Below are positions 1 to 10,281 of a DNA stretch of 64,000 nucleotides, in pieces. The notes under the pieces are model-generated. The model ran no database searches, was not told where the DNA came from, and saw only the letters and a list, made by a program, of their open reading frames with translations. How positions within the stretch are numbered: position 1 is the first letter of the stretch; every line of letters begins with the position of its first letter. The stretch is from Mariniblastus sp. (lineage in GTDB: Bacteria > Planctomycetota > Planctomycetia > Pirellulales > Pirellulaceae): NCBI GenBank assembly GCA_029251085.1, contig JAQXDZ010000039.1, positions 564 to 64,563 on the forward strand. The letters are read 5' to 3'. A program made the position numbers and the translations under genes.

Positions 1-565
1 TCTCCTTCACACTCAGAACCTTGATGGCACCTGAGGTGCTTTTCACATCAAGCACTCTTAAATTGGGATTCCCAGATGAGCTAATCTTGATCGTTTTGAC
101 CGGAAAACTGCCGCCCTTCGTTACCTGGCCAAATTCAATCTGCGGTGGGGAAAAGCTAATCCCTCCTGAAACAATTGTGCCACGTACCGTCAATTGACAT
201 TCACCAACGAACGGCTTGTCAAACCTAACGGTCACGGTTGCCTGCTTGAATCCAGTGCCGACCGCGGGAGTGTTAAACTGACACAGTATCTCGCCTTCTT
301 CGTACATCTTTAGGACTTTTTTTGTAGGCGTCGCGATTGTGCAACCGCAACTCGAAGATACCGACCGGATCTTAATATCTTCTTTGTAGATGTTCTTAAT
401 TTTGAATCGAAATTCGGGCTTTTCACCTAAGTTCACTTCCTTAAAGTCGTGAACGTATTCGGTAAACATCTTGCGAGCCCACTCCTGGCCCTGCAATAGG
501 TTCCCTGCTCCCAAATACGCCACAGTGACAACCAAGAGGCGAACTAAAATTTGATGATTGGACAT
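1..565 (-). CDS. DUF1573 domain-containing exported protein (3' end outside window)
   Basis: Manual translation from ATG at 565: MSNHQILVRLLVVTVAYLGAGNLLQGQEWARKMFTEYVHDFKEV...IRSVSSSCGCT. Signal peptide followed by WA.KMF..HDF and SSCGC motifs typical of planctomycete DUF1573 proteins. Not in the ORF track because it runs off the edge. Confidence 0.8.
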   Translation of the reverse strand, partial: MSNHQILVRLLVVTVAYLGAGNLLQGQEWARKMFTEYVHDFKEVNLGEKPEFRFKIKNIYKEDIKIRSVSSSCGCTIATPTKKVLKMYEEGEILCQFNTPAVGTGFKQATVTVRFDKPFVGECQLTVRGTIVSGGISFSPPQIEFGQVTKGGSFPVKTIKISSSGNPNLRVLDVKSTSGAIKVLSVKE

Positions 566-940
566 GATCGGTTTAACTCAACGCAGTCGAAAAGAATAAC
601 AACGAGGATTTTACCGCGATTAGCCTGTGATTCATAGGTTGCACTCTTTCAGGGCAGCAAATCGATCCTGGGCTAATAAGAAATTACTTCCCAGACCACC
701 TATTTTCAAATCGAATAGCAAGACACGACGTCGTCGCTGCATTAGTTCCACTCGATCGTAAATGCCAGAAATCATGAAGCGTACGGAGGAGCTGACCTTT
801 CAAAAGCTGAGTTGGTGCGAGATTTCATTTCGCAAAAAACAGGCCCACCATTCCAATTTGCCTTAACTAGATAGTTTATAGTAGTCATCCAAATCAATTT
901 CCGATTGGTTCCAGTTTCACCTACCCGTGAGTTTGAATTG

Positions 941-2380
941 ATGAAAAAGCACCGATTATTTGGACCCGCAATTTTAGTCACGGCCGCTTTTATTGGACCT
1001 GGGACAGTCGTAACTGCAAGTCGAGCGGGGAGTGATTTCGGGTTTTTATTGCTTTGGGCGATAGGTTTTTCCGTGTTAGCAACCATCGTACTTCAAGAAA
1101 TGGCGGCTCGCGTCGGGGTCGTCACAGGGCAGGGGCTAAGTCACGTCATAAAAAACGCCATCAAAAACCCAATTTTTCGATTCGGAATTTTGGGGTTAAT
1201 TTTAATCGCGATTTTGATTGGAAATTCTGCGTACCAGACAGGAAACATTCTTGGTGCTGCTGCGGGATTGGAAGCCATTCTCCCAGCTGGAAATTCCGAC
1301 TTGAGTTCGGACGCATTTGTGGGCTCGAATGCGACACAGACCGAGTCTTCAGGACCGTCTGCAGATTTTAAGATTATGATTGTCTGTTTGATCGCCGCCG
1401 TCACGTTGACAGTCATTTGGATTGGCAGGGTTGATTTATTGCAAAAGATTTTGACTGTGTGTGTCGGGCTAATGAGTTGTCTATTTCTCTATTCAGCGAT
1501 CGCCTCCGAACCGCAGTGGTCCAAAATCGCGGCCGGATTTGTTCCAAGAGTACCTATCGGCAGCGAATGGTTTGTGATCGGCATTATTGGAACCACGGTG
1601 GTGCCTTATAACCTATTCCTGCATGCCAGTGCTGCCGCCCAGCAATGGGGGGAGAATTCCGCAAACGATGATACGAAAACCGCAATAAAGTATTCACGGA
1701 TCGACACCATTCTTTCTGTCGCACTCGGTGGCATGGTCACTTGTGCAATTCTCATCACCGCCTCAATGGCATTTCACGACACCAGCACCCCTAGTGGAAG
1801 CGGCGGACTGGACATCGCTAAGCAGCTGGAACCAGCCCTTGGTGTCAATTCCAAGTTCATTTTTTCGCTTGGTCTATTCGCGGCAGGTCTCACTAGCGCT
1901 ATTACAGCGCCGGTCGCTGCCGCGTTCGCGGTTTCTGGCTGTTTCGGATGGAGCGGTCGCCTCTCGGATCGCAGATTGAAAATCACGGCTACGGTCGTGG
2001 TGATGATCGGATTTGCATTCGCAATTTGGCTAGGAAAAAGTCCACAACAGACAATTATTTTGGCACAAGCTGCAAATGGCTTGTTGCTGCCTTTACTTGC
2101 AATTTTACTCTTAGCGATCTGCAATCAAAAATCAGTCATGAAGAGCTTCCGAAACGGGAAATTATCAAACGGACTGGGAATCCTAATTTTGTTAATTACT
2201 GCTGTGATTGCGGTCAATCAAATGAATTCGGTGGTCAATAAAATTCGTGACATCGTCGCTCCAACCCAAACATCAACAATCGGAGTTTCCCTCCAAGATT
2301 CCAAAACTAATACCAATACTCGACAGCCCGCAATTTCTGGATCAAGCATGTTAAGTCCAACCAGAAATTCTCGATTTTAA
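941..2380 (+). CDS. NRAMP-related (YcsG-like) transporter
   Basis: About 11 hydrophobic segments; GPAILVTAAFIGPGT, QEMAARVG and GTTVVPYNLFLH motifs. Start moved to ATG 941. Confidence 0.8.
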   Translation: MKKHRLFGPAILVTAAFIGPGTVVTASRAGSDFGFLLLWAIGFSVLATIVLQEMAARVGVVTGQGLSHVIKNAIKNPIFRFGILGLILIAILIGNSAYQTGNILGAAAGLEAILPAGNSDLSSDAFVGSNATQTESSGPSADFKIMIVCLIAAVTLTVIWIGRVDLLQKILTVCVGLMSCLFLYSAIASEPQWSKIAAGFVPRVPIGSEWFVIGIIGTTVVPYNLFLHASAAAQQWGENSANDDTKTAIKYSRIDTILSVALGGMVTCAILITASMAFHDTSTPSGSGGLDIAKQLEPALGVNSKFIFSLGLFAAGLTSAITAPVAAAFAVSGCFGWSGRLSDRRLKITATVVVMIGFAFAIWLGKSPQQTIILAQAANGLLLPLLAILLLAICNQKSVMKSFRNGKLSNGLGILILLITAVIAVNQMNSVVNKIRDIVAPTQTSTIGVSLQDSKTNTNTRQPAISGSSMLSPTRNSRF

Positions 2381-2547
2381 GCCACGTTCCATTTGCAAAT
2401 CGTCGTAGTCTTCCCGATTCAGATATTTCCAACGATGTTGACTAACTTTGGTAAGCATCGGTCGGAAACATAGCATCTACAGTAAAATTCCCAGCGCAGT
2501 GTTCGCTAAAAAACTCATCCAACTAATTAAATTGAAACGAAACAACC

Positions 2548-3564
2548 ATGCCAAGTATTACGACAAACGGATTAGCAGCGATTGAGCCAGGCGGATCACT
2601 CAAGCCGATCAGCTACGAGCTTGGTGACCTCAACGCTAATGAAATAATTATTGACGTCGAGTATTGCGGCATCTGCCACAGTGACCTCAGCATGGTCGAT
2701 AACGATTGGGGGATATCGCAATACCCATTGGTTCCCGGGCACGAAGTCATTGGAAAAATTGCCTCCGTTGGCCCGGGGGTGCACCACTTAAACATTGGTG
2801 ACTCGGTAGGTCTTGGATGGCATTGCGGTTACTGCAACGAGTGTGCATGCTGCAAATCAGGAGATCAAAACCTATGTGCGACGGCACGACCGACGATCGT
2901 TGGCCACCACGGTGGATTTGCCGATAAAGTGAAAGCGGATGCGAATAGCGTCGTGGTCATTCCCGAGGGAGTCGACCTTGCCACTGCCGGACCGCTGATG
3001 TGTGCGGGTATTACTGTTTTCAATCCAATGATTCAATTTGGGGTAAGCTCAACTGACCGTGTGGCGGTTATTGGAATTGGTGGACTTGGACATCTCGCGG
3101 TTAAATTTTTGAGTGCTTGGGGATGCGAGGTTACTGCGTTTACCTCCAGCGAAGACAAAAAAAACGAGGCGGCATCCTTTGGTGCCGACCACACCCTCGA
3201 TTCACGGGATGCAGAGGCGATCGAACAAGCTGCTAACTCTTTTGACTATCTTATCTCGACGGTAAATGTAAAATTAGACTGGAACCAATACGTCAGTACG
3301 CTGAAGCCCAAAGGTACGATGGTGTTCGTTGGAGCAACGCTTGATCCACTGGATTTAGGAGTTATGCCCTTGATTCTCGGTCAACGTACCATCGCTGGTT
3401 CCACCGTAGGCAGTCCGGCGGTCATGGAGCAGATGCTTCAGTTTGCGAGCCGACACCAAATTAGTCCCCTCGTCGAACAATTTGCGATGTCTTCGGCAAA
3501 CTCAGCCATGAGCCATGTGAGAGAAGGGAAGCCGAAATATCGCGTCGTCCTCGCGAATAATTAA
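2548..3564 (+). CDS. Zn-dependent NAD(P)H alcohol dehydrogenase / aldehyde reductase (Ahr/CAD family)
   Basis: CGICHSD, GHEVIG, structural Zn cysteines CNECACC..GDQNLC, PLMCAG and Rossmann GIGGLG. Confidence 0.9.
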   Translation: MPSITTNGLAAIEPGGSLKPISYELGDLNANEIIIDVEYCGICHSDLSMVDNDWGISQYPLVPGHEVIGKIASVGPGVHHLNIGDSVGLGWHCGYCNECACCKSGDQNLCATARPTIVGHHGGFADKVKADANSVVVIPEGVDLATAGPLMCAGITVFNPMIQFGVSSTDRVAVIGIGGLGHLAVKFLSAWGCEVTAFTSSEDKKNEAASFGADHTLDSRDAEAIEQAANSFDYLISTVNVKLDWNQYVSTLKPKGTMVFVGATLDPLDLGVMPLILGQRTIAGSTVGSPAVMEQMLQFASRHQISPLVEQFAMSSANSAMSHVREGKPKYRVVLANN

Positions 3565-3789
3565 ATGCCTAGATTGGCGAACCGTAAAATTTCGCATTAA
3601 AAAAAGATTTCCCGCAATAAGTCCTTCAATTCTAGGATAACGGCCCCACGGACGAACCAAAACCCGCTTAGAAGTCATTGCTTAGAAAGCCGCGGTTTAC
3701 AAGCGTAAACGCTGTAGGAAGAATGCTGTCGCGACTGCAAACGGATGGGCGACTGGAGAACGCAAATTGGGTTCGCGTAAGAGAAAAAA

Positions 3790-3862
<73 letters not shown>

Positions 3863-3895
3863 GGAAGCCAATTAATGGCCTCGCGTGAAGGGATA

Positions 3896-3924
3896 AAGAT
3901 CACCAATTCGACCAAAAGTGTCAA
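3896..3924 (-). promoter_or_regulatory. Putative sigma70 promoter of tRNA-Lys
   Basis: Perfect TTGACA on the minus strand (3924-3919), 17-nt spacer, then a weak -10 (GATCTT) about 30 nt upstream of the tRNA. Confidence 0.5.
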
Positions 3925-4007
3925 GGGGCATTTCAATGAAAAATCAACAATGCCATTTATCCCTTATGAATGTGGTATTTATCGGACACAAGTCGATCTC
4001 AGGCCAT

Positions 4008-4050
4008 AAAAAAATGCACGAGACCAAATTTAAAATTTAGAACTCGTGCA
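4008..4050 (-). terminator. Intrinsic terminator with no annotated upstream gene
   Basis: TGCACGAG...CTCGTGCA stem with an AT-rich inner stem, followed by T7 on the minus strand. Confidence 0.65.
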
Positions 4051-4903
4051 CGCCGGTTTCACAATCTATTGACCGACACCGAATCGTGACACTTAACGGC
4101 CGGTAATGTTTAAAACGAATAATCACCGAATTATCTCAATTCGTCCACGCCTGGTTCCTATCCCGCCTCCAAACCGCCAATAACCTCGCAATTATCCGCC
4201 CAAACCATTGTTTCATTCCGAGATAAAATCCCTTGCGAATAAAAAACACGCTCATTTATTTCATCAAATCACAAACCGTTTTGGCTGTTACCGCCTAGTT
4301 TATTAAATCCACCGAGCAGAAAGCGACTTTGAAAATTGCTCGCTTTATTCTCTCAATTTTGAAATTCTCGATTCCAAACCAGAGAGGACTAGAGAGGGCA
4401 ACTGTAATTCGTCATTGAAAGTGCGATCCAATCAATTTTCCTTGCCGAACCAATTCGAAAAATAGATCTCACTAGTTACCGACTCGTTTTGGCAAAGAAT
4501 ATGGATTACTGATCGTGCCGCGTAAAGCTCTCGCCGAGTAAAGAAAATTGCCTAGCCACGGATGTCGATTTTAAAAGCAGACCTTTCCAACTCCAATCAG
4601 TTCTCGCGAGCTTTTGAAATTTGAAAACGAAATCAATCGTTAAGTAACAAAACTTTTATTCCAGCGGCCAAATAAGATCTTGTTAGACATGTAATCAGCT
4701 CGCCTAACGTCTTTAACGAGTTGTTTTGGCTGGCTTCCTTCCGTCCTCCCCCAAACAAGCGGGAAAAATTTATGCAACGAAAATGCTAGCTGCAAACTCA
4801 GCCCCAATATCGACGTTGATCAAAATTAGGACCTTTTCTAACATCAAATCGCGATGTTGCTAACGTTTTTGCGTTTAATTGCTCCAACACCAAGGACTGG
4901 TAA

Positions 4904-5656
4904 ATGAGTGCGTTTTCGAAGATTGAATCTGCCTATGAGAAGTTTGGGGCTGACGAACCGTTTTACGCAGTCTTAACGGAAGAGAAATATAAGCGGAAGC
5001 AACTTGACCAGGAGCTTTTTTTCGATACCGGGAAAGAACTGCTCGCTCGGCAGATACAGTTAATCCATGACCGCGGCATCCACGTTCCTCGTGGGAATGC
5101 TCTAGATTTCGGATGCGGCGTAGGGCGACTAACCAACGCGATGGCAGCCTATTTTGATGAAGTCATCGGGGTCGACATTTCGTCGACTATGATTGGGAAC
5201 GCCAACAAATTAAAACGTCGCTCGAACTGTTCATTCCAAGTGAACAAACGGCCTGATCTCTCGGTTTTCGATGAGGATCAATTTGATTTCATTTACAGTG
5301 ACATCACCATTCAACACATTCCTTCTCCGGAATCAGAAAGTTATATCCGAGATTTTTTCCGTGTCCTTGCTCCCGGTGGCCTCGCGATATTCCTCGTGCC
5401 TGACGGCCCGGTTCTTCGTCCGAATTCCTTACCCGCACGGTTTGACAAGTTCTACCGTGAACAAGTCCGCCCGTTTCATAAGCGCATTCGAGGCAAGTAC
5501 GAGGTTCAGGTTCATCGGATCTCACAACCTCGCGTTGAAACTATTATCGAGGAGTCTGGCGGAAACCTAATTTCGGTTGAGTCTCATCCAAGGTGGGCCG
5601 AACGCTCCAAGCGTTACAAACCACTCTACTATTGGGCATCTAAGCCAGCGATCTAG
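4904..5656 (+). CDS. Class I SAM-dependent methyltransferase
   Basis: LDFGCGVG motif I, GVDIS, FDFIYS and RVLAPGG. Confidence 0.88.
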   Translation: MSAFSKIESAYEKFGADEPFYAVLTEEKYKRKQLDQELFFDTGKELLARQIQLIHDRGIHVPRGNALDFGCGVGRLTNAMAAYFDEVIGVDISSTMIGNANKLKRRSNCSFQVNKRPDLSVFDEDQFDFIYSDITIQHIPSPESESYIRDFFRVLAPGGLAIFLVPDGPVLRPNSLPARFDKFYREQVRPFHKRIRGKYEVQVHRISQPRVETIIEESGGNLISVESHPRWAERSKRYKPLYYWASKPAI

Positions 5657-5939
5657 TCATTTTGGCTAACTTAAAATCCAGCCCAGCGATTGGCAGCTTT
5701 GGCAATTCAGTCGGTGCACGCCCGCCACATTCTTTTCAAATTGACTTGGCCGCAGCATTTTTTGGCGGTTGATTGATTACAAGGTAGCCTTCAAGCTTTA
5801 TTGGCCAATTATTTGTAATTAGCGGTGAACCTTCTAGAATCAGTTTTCTCCCCTTTTAACTTCAGGGGAGAATCCAAAAGAGTAGTGCGCCGATGAGCGC
5901 ATTCCAATCGTTGTTCCTGTTGATTGAGATCTGTTCGCC

Positions 5940-7427
5940 ATGTCGCAGCTAAATCCCTGGCCACAAGCAAATGCTTTAACCGCCGTCAAAATTGTTTTAA
6001 TATCTGTTTTAGTCGCGTTGCATGCTGGAAACAGTTTTGCCGACAACGTCGAGACAACACCCGAGATTAAAAACGTCGTTCTGATTGTTTCAGACGACTT
6101 AAAAGCAAGCGTGCTGGGTTGCTACGGCGACCTTGTTTGCCAGACTCCACACATCGACTCGCTTGCACGATCCGGGATGGTCTTTCAAAGGGCGTATTGC
6201 CAAGGCACCTGGTGTGCTCCCTCCCGCCAGTCATTTATGCACAGCCGATACCAAAACGGAAGCGGAGTCAATTTAGGAGCGAACTTCCAAAACCAAGGCT
6301 TCTATTCCGCGCGAGTTGGCAAAATTTATCACATGCGTGTCCCTGGTGATATTATTGCCGGCACCAACGGTTTGGACATTCGGTCAACCTGGACCGATCG
6401 GTACAACTCTGCGGGGCAGGAGGCGCATTCGCCAGGCGATTATGCCTGCCTTAATCTAGACATCTTCACCGATGAATTGGCTAACCGGCAATCCACCAAA
6501 ATGCAACATCGCGCCTTCGTTACCGTAGTACTCGATGGTGACGGTGCCGACCAACCGGACGCAAAATCTGCGGCAAAGGCAATTGAGATAATTAACAATA
6601 AAACTTCTAGCGACACACCATTTTTCCTTGCCATCGGCTTAGTTCGCCCACACTATCCCATGGTTGCTCCCAAGAAATATTTCGACCTTTATCCATGGCA
6701 AACGATTAAACCTCCTCTTCAAGTTCCCAATGATCTCGCTGACATTCCCTCAATGGGTCAGGCCAAATCAACCTCTCGCAAATCCGGGATCGCCGATTTC
6801 CCTGACAATCAAAAAAGAATGTGGGCAGGCTACTACGCCTCCGTTTCTTTCATGGATGAGCAAGTCGGGAAAATCATTTCGGAGATTGACCGATTGGGAA
6901 TCCGTGACACCACTGCCATCGTGTTTACCAGTGACCACGGTTACCATCTCGGCGAACATGATTTCTGGTTGAAATCGAATCTCCATGAGGAAGTCACACG
7001 GGTTCCACTTATTATCGACGCACCCGGCTACCGACCGGGGGTCACTTCCTCTCCTGTTGAATTGGTTGACCTTTACCCTACCCTTTCATCAATCGCCGCA
7101 ATCGAAACTCCAGCCGAGGCAGAAGGCTCTGATCTCACACCCATCCTCGAAGACCCCAGCCACCGTGTGCGGGAAACTGCGCTTTCAATCAATAACGGGT
7201 ATGCGCTTCGAGGCGACGCCTGGACATACATTCGCTATACCGATGGGTCTGAAGAGTTCTATGATATGAATTCTGATCCCAATCAATTTCGAAATATTGT
7301 AAACGCCCCAAACGCGAAAGAAGGGGTTTCCGAAGCAAGAGCTGCCTTGGACACGCGAATCCAACAGGCCGGCCTGTCACTCAAACAGAAAAAAAAGAAA
7401 AAATCGACAGATAAAACATCGCGGTAA
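5940..7427 (+). CDS. Exported formylglycine-dependent sulfatase (iduronate/choline-sulfatase-like)
   Basis: Signal peptide, NVVLIVSDDL, CAPSR, GKIYH, RPHYP and SDHGYHLGEH. Confidence 0.9.
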   Translation: MSQLNPWPQANALTAVKIVLISVLVALHAGNSFADNVETTPEIKNVVLIVSDDLKASVLGCYGDLVCQTPHIDSLARSGMVFQRAYCQGTWCAPSRQSFMHSRYQNGSGVNLGANFQNQGFYSARVGKIYHMRVPGDIIAGTNGLDIRSTWTDRYNSAGQEAHSPGDYACLNLDIFTDELANRQSTKMQHRAFVTVVLDGDGADQPDAKSAAKAIEIINNKTSSDTPFFLAIGLVRPHYPMVAPKKYFDLYPWQTIKPPLQVPNDLADIPSMGQAKSTSRKSGIADFPDNQKRMWAGYYASVSFMDEQVGKIISEIDRLGIRDTTAIVFTSDHGYHLGEHDFWLKSNLHEEVTRVPLIIDAPGYRPGVTSSPVELVDLYPTLSSIAAIETPAEAEGSDLTPILEDPSHRVRETALSINNGYALRGDAWTYIRYTDGSEEFYDMNSDPNQFRNIVNAPNAKEGVSEARAALDTRIQQAGLSLKQKKKKKSTDKTSR

Positions 7428-7566
7428 TTTTGCACCCGAAGAAAATCTCAATCCTCGCTGTCCGTCCAGGCTGTGACCCGGAATTCCGAAGCTAATGTGG
7501 CTATCCCGACTAACAAAGCCGCAGCACCCAGCTTTGACATACTTGAAACGCACGTCCTAGCTTCCG

Positions 7567-7866
7567 CTAGGCGTCAGAGTACAGCTCGTAGTCAATCTCC
7601 TGAAACTCGGCGACTTCCGGAATCCAATGCTCCTGAACAAATTGAGTATGGGAAGGATGCTGATTGTAAAACTCGTACGCTTCTGCAGATTCGAATTCCA
7701 TCGAAAAACCAAATCGATGTTTGCACTTTGCGCTCGTTTGTCTCAATCGCTCGAATTTTTGAACACTCTCAATTGTGTTGAGCACCAGTGCAGCGTTCAA
7801 AAATTCAGTTTCTTCGTCCGAGCCACATGCATGCTTTAAAGTAAACATTACCGTATGTCTAATCAC
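7567..7866 (-). CDS. Dabb family (stress-responsive A/B barrel) protein
   Basis: IRHTVMFTLK...FES...YNQHPSH..FV...DY pattern. Start placed at GTG 7866. Confidence 0.85.
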   Translation of the reverse strand: MIRHTVMFTLKHACGSDEETEFLNAALVLNTIESVQKFERLRQTSAKCKHRFGFSMEFESAEAYEFYNQHPSHTQFVQEHWIPEVAEFQEIDYELYSDA

Positions 7867-7938
7867 TGTGCGGTCTCGCTTTCTCAATCAACAGACGTCG
7901 AATAAAACAGAAACACAATATCGCCAAACGCAACCCGT

Positions 7939-8841
7939 CTAAAACTCGCAACACAACTCATCGATAGGCTTCAAATTGCCACTGACGATTCCCAACCGGC
8001 CAAGATACTGTTTTACCGACTCAAATGAACTTCTATTTAAATCAAAACCAGTGTTCCAACGGGTTATCTTGAACCAATCCCTGACAGCATCTATTTCGAT
8101 ATTGTAACGCTCCGCAATTATTTCACAGGCGTCTGCTGATTGCATCAATTCAAGGCAAGCCGAATTTAAAATCTCCAACATTAAACGCAGTTCTGCTGAC
8201 CTCTGCTGAACCATTTCCTCAGTCGCACAAATTACGAACGCAGGCCAATTGGCAGCTCGATCGGCAAGCCGCCTAAATTCACCGGATTGCACTAAAGGTG
8301 ACGTTGTAAACCGCTCCCACAAGAAAACGTCAGCTTCGTTCTTACCCAACGCCGACCGCGCGCCTTTTAAACTGCCAACCTCAACGAATTCCATCGATTC
8401 AGTTGGCCAATCCCGTTCTGCTGCATCCACAATTGACATCAAATGCGAACCTGAGCCTGGGCGACTAATGGCATAACGCAAATTTTGTATTTGCTGAGGC
8501 AGGGTAATGTTACTTTTGGCGGAAACATGAATGCCCCACAACAGCGGAGAGTCAACATACGTCTTCACGATCCGACCGGGAACGCCATTCAAGAGTGCGG
8601 CCACGCAACCTTCCGATAGAACGACCGCTACATCGCAGTCACGCTTGCCAAGACGTTCTGTCATCTCCCCCGTACCACCGTGAACTTCGTCAAAAAACAC
8701 GTCTAGCCCGCAGTTTTCGAATTGCCCTGACTCAATTGCTAGGTGCCACGGCAAATTAAAATGCTCCGGCACCCCGGCAACGACGATCGAGCCGCGGTTC
8801 TTTCGGTTTGGAGAGTTATCAATTGACATGCCACGCGCCAC
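7939..8841 (-). CDS. PBP2-fold substrate-binding-domain protein (Ca3427/SsuA-like), no signal peptide
   Basis: GVPEHFNLPW, GGTGEM, ISRPGSGSHLM, FLWERFTT and WPAFVI. Alternative start ATG 8829. Confidence 0.75.
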   Translation of the reverse strand: MARGMSIDNSPNRKNRGSIVVAGVPEHFNLPWHLAIESGQFENCGLDVFFDEVHGGTGEMTERLGKRDCDVAVVLSEGCVAALLNGVPGRIVKTYVDSPLLWGIHVSAKSNITLPQQIQNLRYAISRPGSGSHLMSIVDAAERDWPTESMEFVEVGSLKGARSALGKNEADVFLWERFTTSPLVQSGEFRRLADRAANWPAFVICATEEMVQQRSAELRLMLEILNSACLELMQSADACEIIAERYNIEIDAVRDWFKITRWNTGFDLNRSSFESVKQYLGRLGIVSGNLKPIDELCCEF

Positions 8842-8848
8842 TCAAATT

Positions 8849-9727
8849 TCACTCGGTTTCAACGCGATGCTTCATTACATTTGCATCGCGAATTGTTTTA
8901 GCGTTAACAAACGTTTCCATCAAATCGCCCGCGTCGCCTTGCATAATCGCCGATTCGAGTTCCTTCAAATTGGATTGAAACTTATGCAAGACGTCTAAGA
9001 TCGCGTCCTTATTCTCTAAACAAATATCCCGCCACATGACTGGATCGCTTGAGGCGATTCTAGAGAAATCGCGAAATCCACCAGCCGCAAACTGAAATAT
9101 CTGTTCCACATAGTCAGTTTCGGCGATCGTATCGACGAGACTGTAGGCTAAAACATGCGGCAGATGACTGGTCGCCGCTAAAACAAGGTCATGCTGTTCA
9201 ATTCCTAGTGTTTTCACTTGCGCACCGGTCGCTTCCCACATCCGAGTTACCGTTGCGATCGCCGCTTGATCGGTTTTACTATCCGGCGTGAGAATAACTT
9301 TGTGAGCAACAAATAGATCCTCAAGAGATGCTTCAACGCCACTTTTCTCGCGGCCAGCAATAGGATGTGCCGGAACAAATCGCGGCGGCATCCCGTCGAA
9401 TACACGTTTCGCAGCCGCGACGACACTTGCCTTGCAACTTCCCACATCGGTAAGGACGACGCCCTCGGCAAGGTGCTCAGAAATTGACTCCAGCACCGAC
9501 TCCATTGCGAGCATCGGTACGGCGAGCACAACCACATCCGCGTCCGCAACAGCCTCAGCCGGACTGGTTGAAAATTGATCGATGACGTTCAACTCGACCG
9601 CACGACGAAGACGACCGACATCAGTATCGCAACCTACAATCAAATCGCAATAACCGGCCCGTTTCAACGCCAATGCAAGCGATCCACCAATCAGTCCAAC
9701 ACCGAATATCGCGAGCTTATTTATCAT
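8849..9727 (-). CDS. tyrA: Prephenate/cyclohexadienyl dehydrogenase
   Basis: GVGLIGGS, TDVGSCK, HPIAGRE, HD...A..SHLPH, GGFRDFSRIASSDP.MW.DI. Confidence 0.93.
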   Translation of the reverse strand: MINKLAIFGVGLIGGSLALALKRAGYCDLIVGCDTDVGRLRRAVELNVIDQFSTSPAEAVADADVVVLAVPMLAMESVLESISEHLAEGVVLTDVGSCKASVVAAAKRVFDGMPPRFVPAHPIAGREKSGVEASLEDLFVAHKVILTPDSKTDQAAIATVTRMWEATGAQVKTLGIEQHDLVLAATSHLPHVLAYSLVDTIAETDYVEQIFQFAAGGFRDFSRIASSDPVMWRDICLENKDAILDVLHKFQSNLKELESAIMQGDAGDLMETFVNAKTIRDANVMKHRVETE

Positions 9728-9885
9728 CCTGAGCCTTCTACGAGTTTTTAATTGCTGTCTCGAATCTTTAAAATTGCGGTTGATGGTTCCGCAACTAAAA
9801 GTCCACTAAAAACACGAGTCTGCTTTTGGATTTTTCGCAATCACAGATCGAATGTTTCTCTGATTGCCTCTGTAGCGCGAGCGGC

Positions 9886-10281
9886 TTAGTTTTCCCGAGC
9901 GAATTGGGTTTGTCGCATGACTTCTGCTGGAAGCGCTTCGTACCTCAATGGTTTATCAGCATCCGGATTATCATCTACCACGGCTTCCGCCGCATCTTTT
10001 GTTTCCAAGTCAGGTATGGTTTCCGAGCCACCCCCAACGCTTGCGCCTGAAACAGAGGGTTGCTTACCCCCCCTTTTGATTCTTAAACGAGCGTAAAGCA
10101 TCGCCATGTTCTTTTTTAAATCTTCGTCAGACATCGCAATGATTTCGTCGTAGGTGAAGGCGACCTCGTCCGGCGATGATTCAATTAATTGAGTGACTTC
10201 TTTAGTTGGTGGTTTCTCTTCTTCACAACCCACTACCGATAACACCATTAAACCTAGTAAAAGAAATTTTAAATTCATCAC
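9886..10281 (-). CDS. Hypothetical lipoprotein
   Basis: Hydrophobic N-terminus ending in lipobox VVGC; acidic mature region. Confidence 0.6.
   Translation of the reverse strand: MMNLKFLLLGLMVLSVVGCEEEKPPTKEVTQLIESSPDEVAFTYDEIIAMSDEDLKKNMAMLYARLRIKRGGKQPSVSGASVGGGSETIPDLETKDAAEAVVDDNPDADKPLRYEALPAEVMRQTQFAREN

Noticed and set aside
5863..5903. AGGGGAG...GAGTAG upstream of the first sulfatase, resembling a yybP-ykoY riboswitch
   Set aside because: Only fragments of the motif, no four-way junction visible, and it is not upstream of the NRAMP-like gene.
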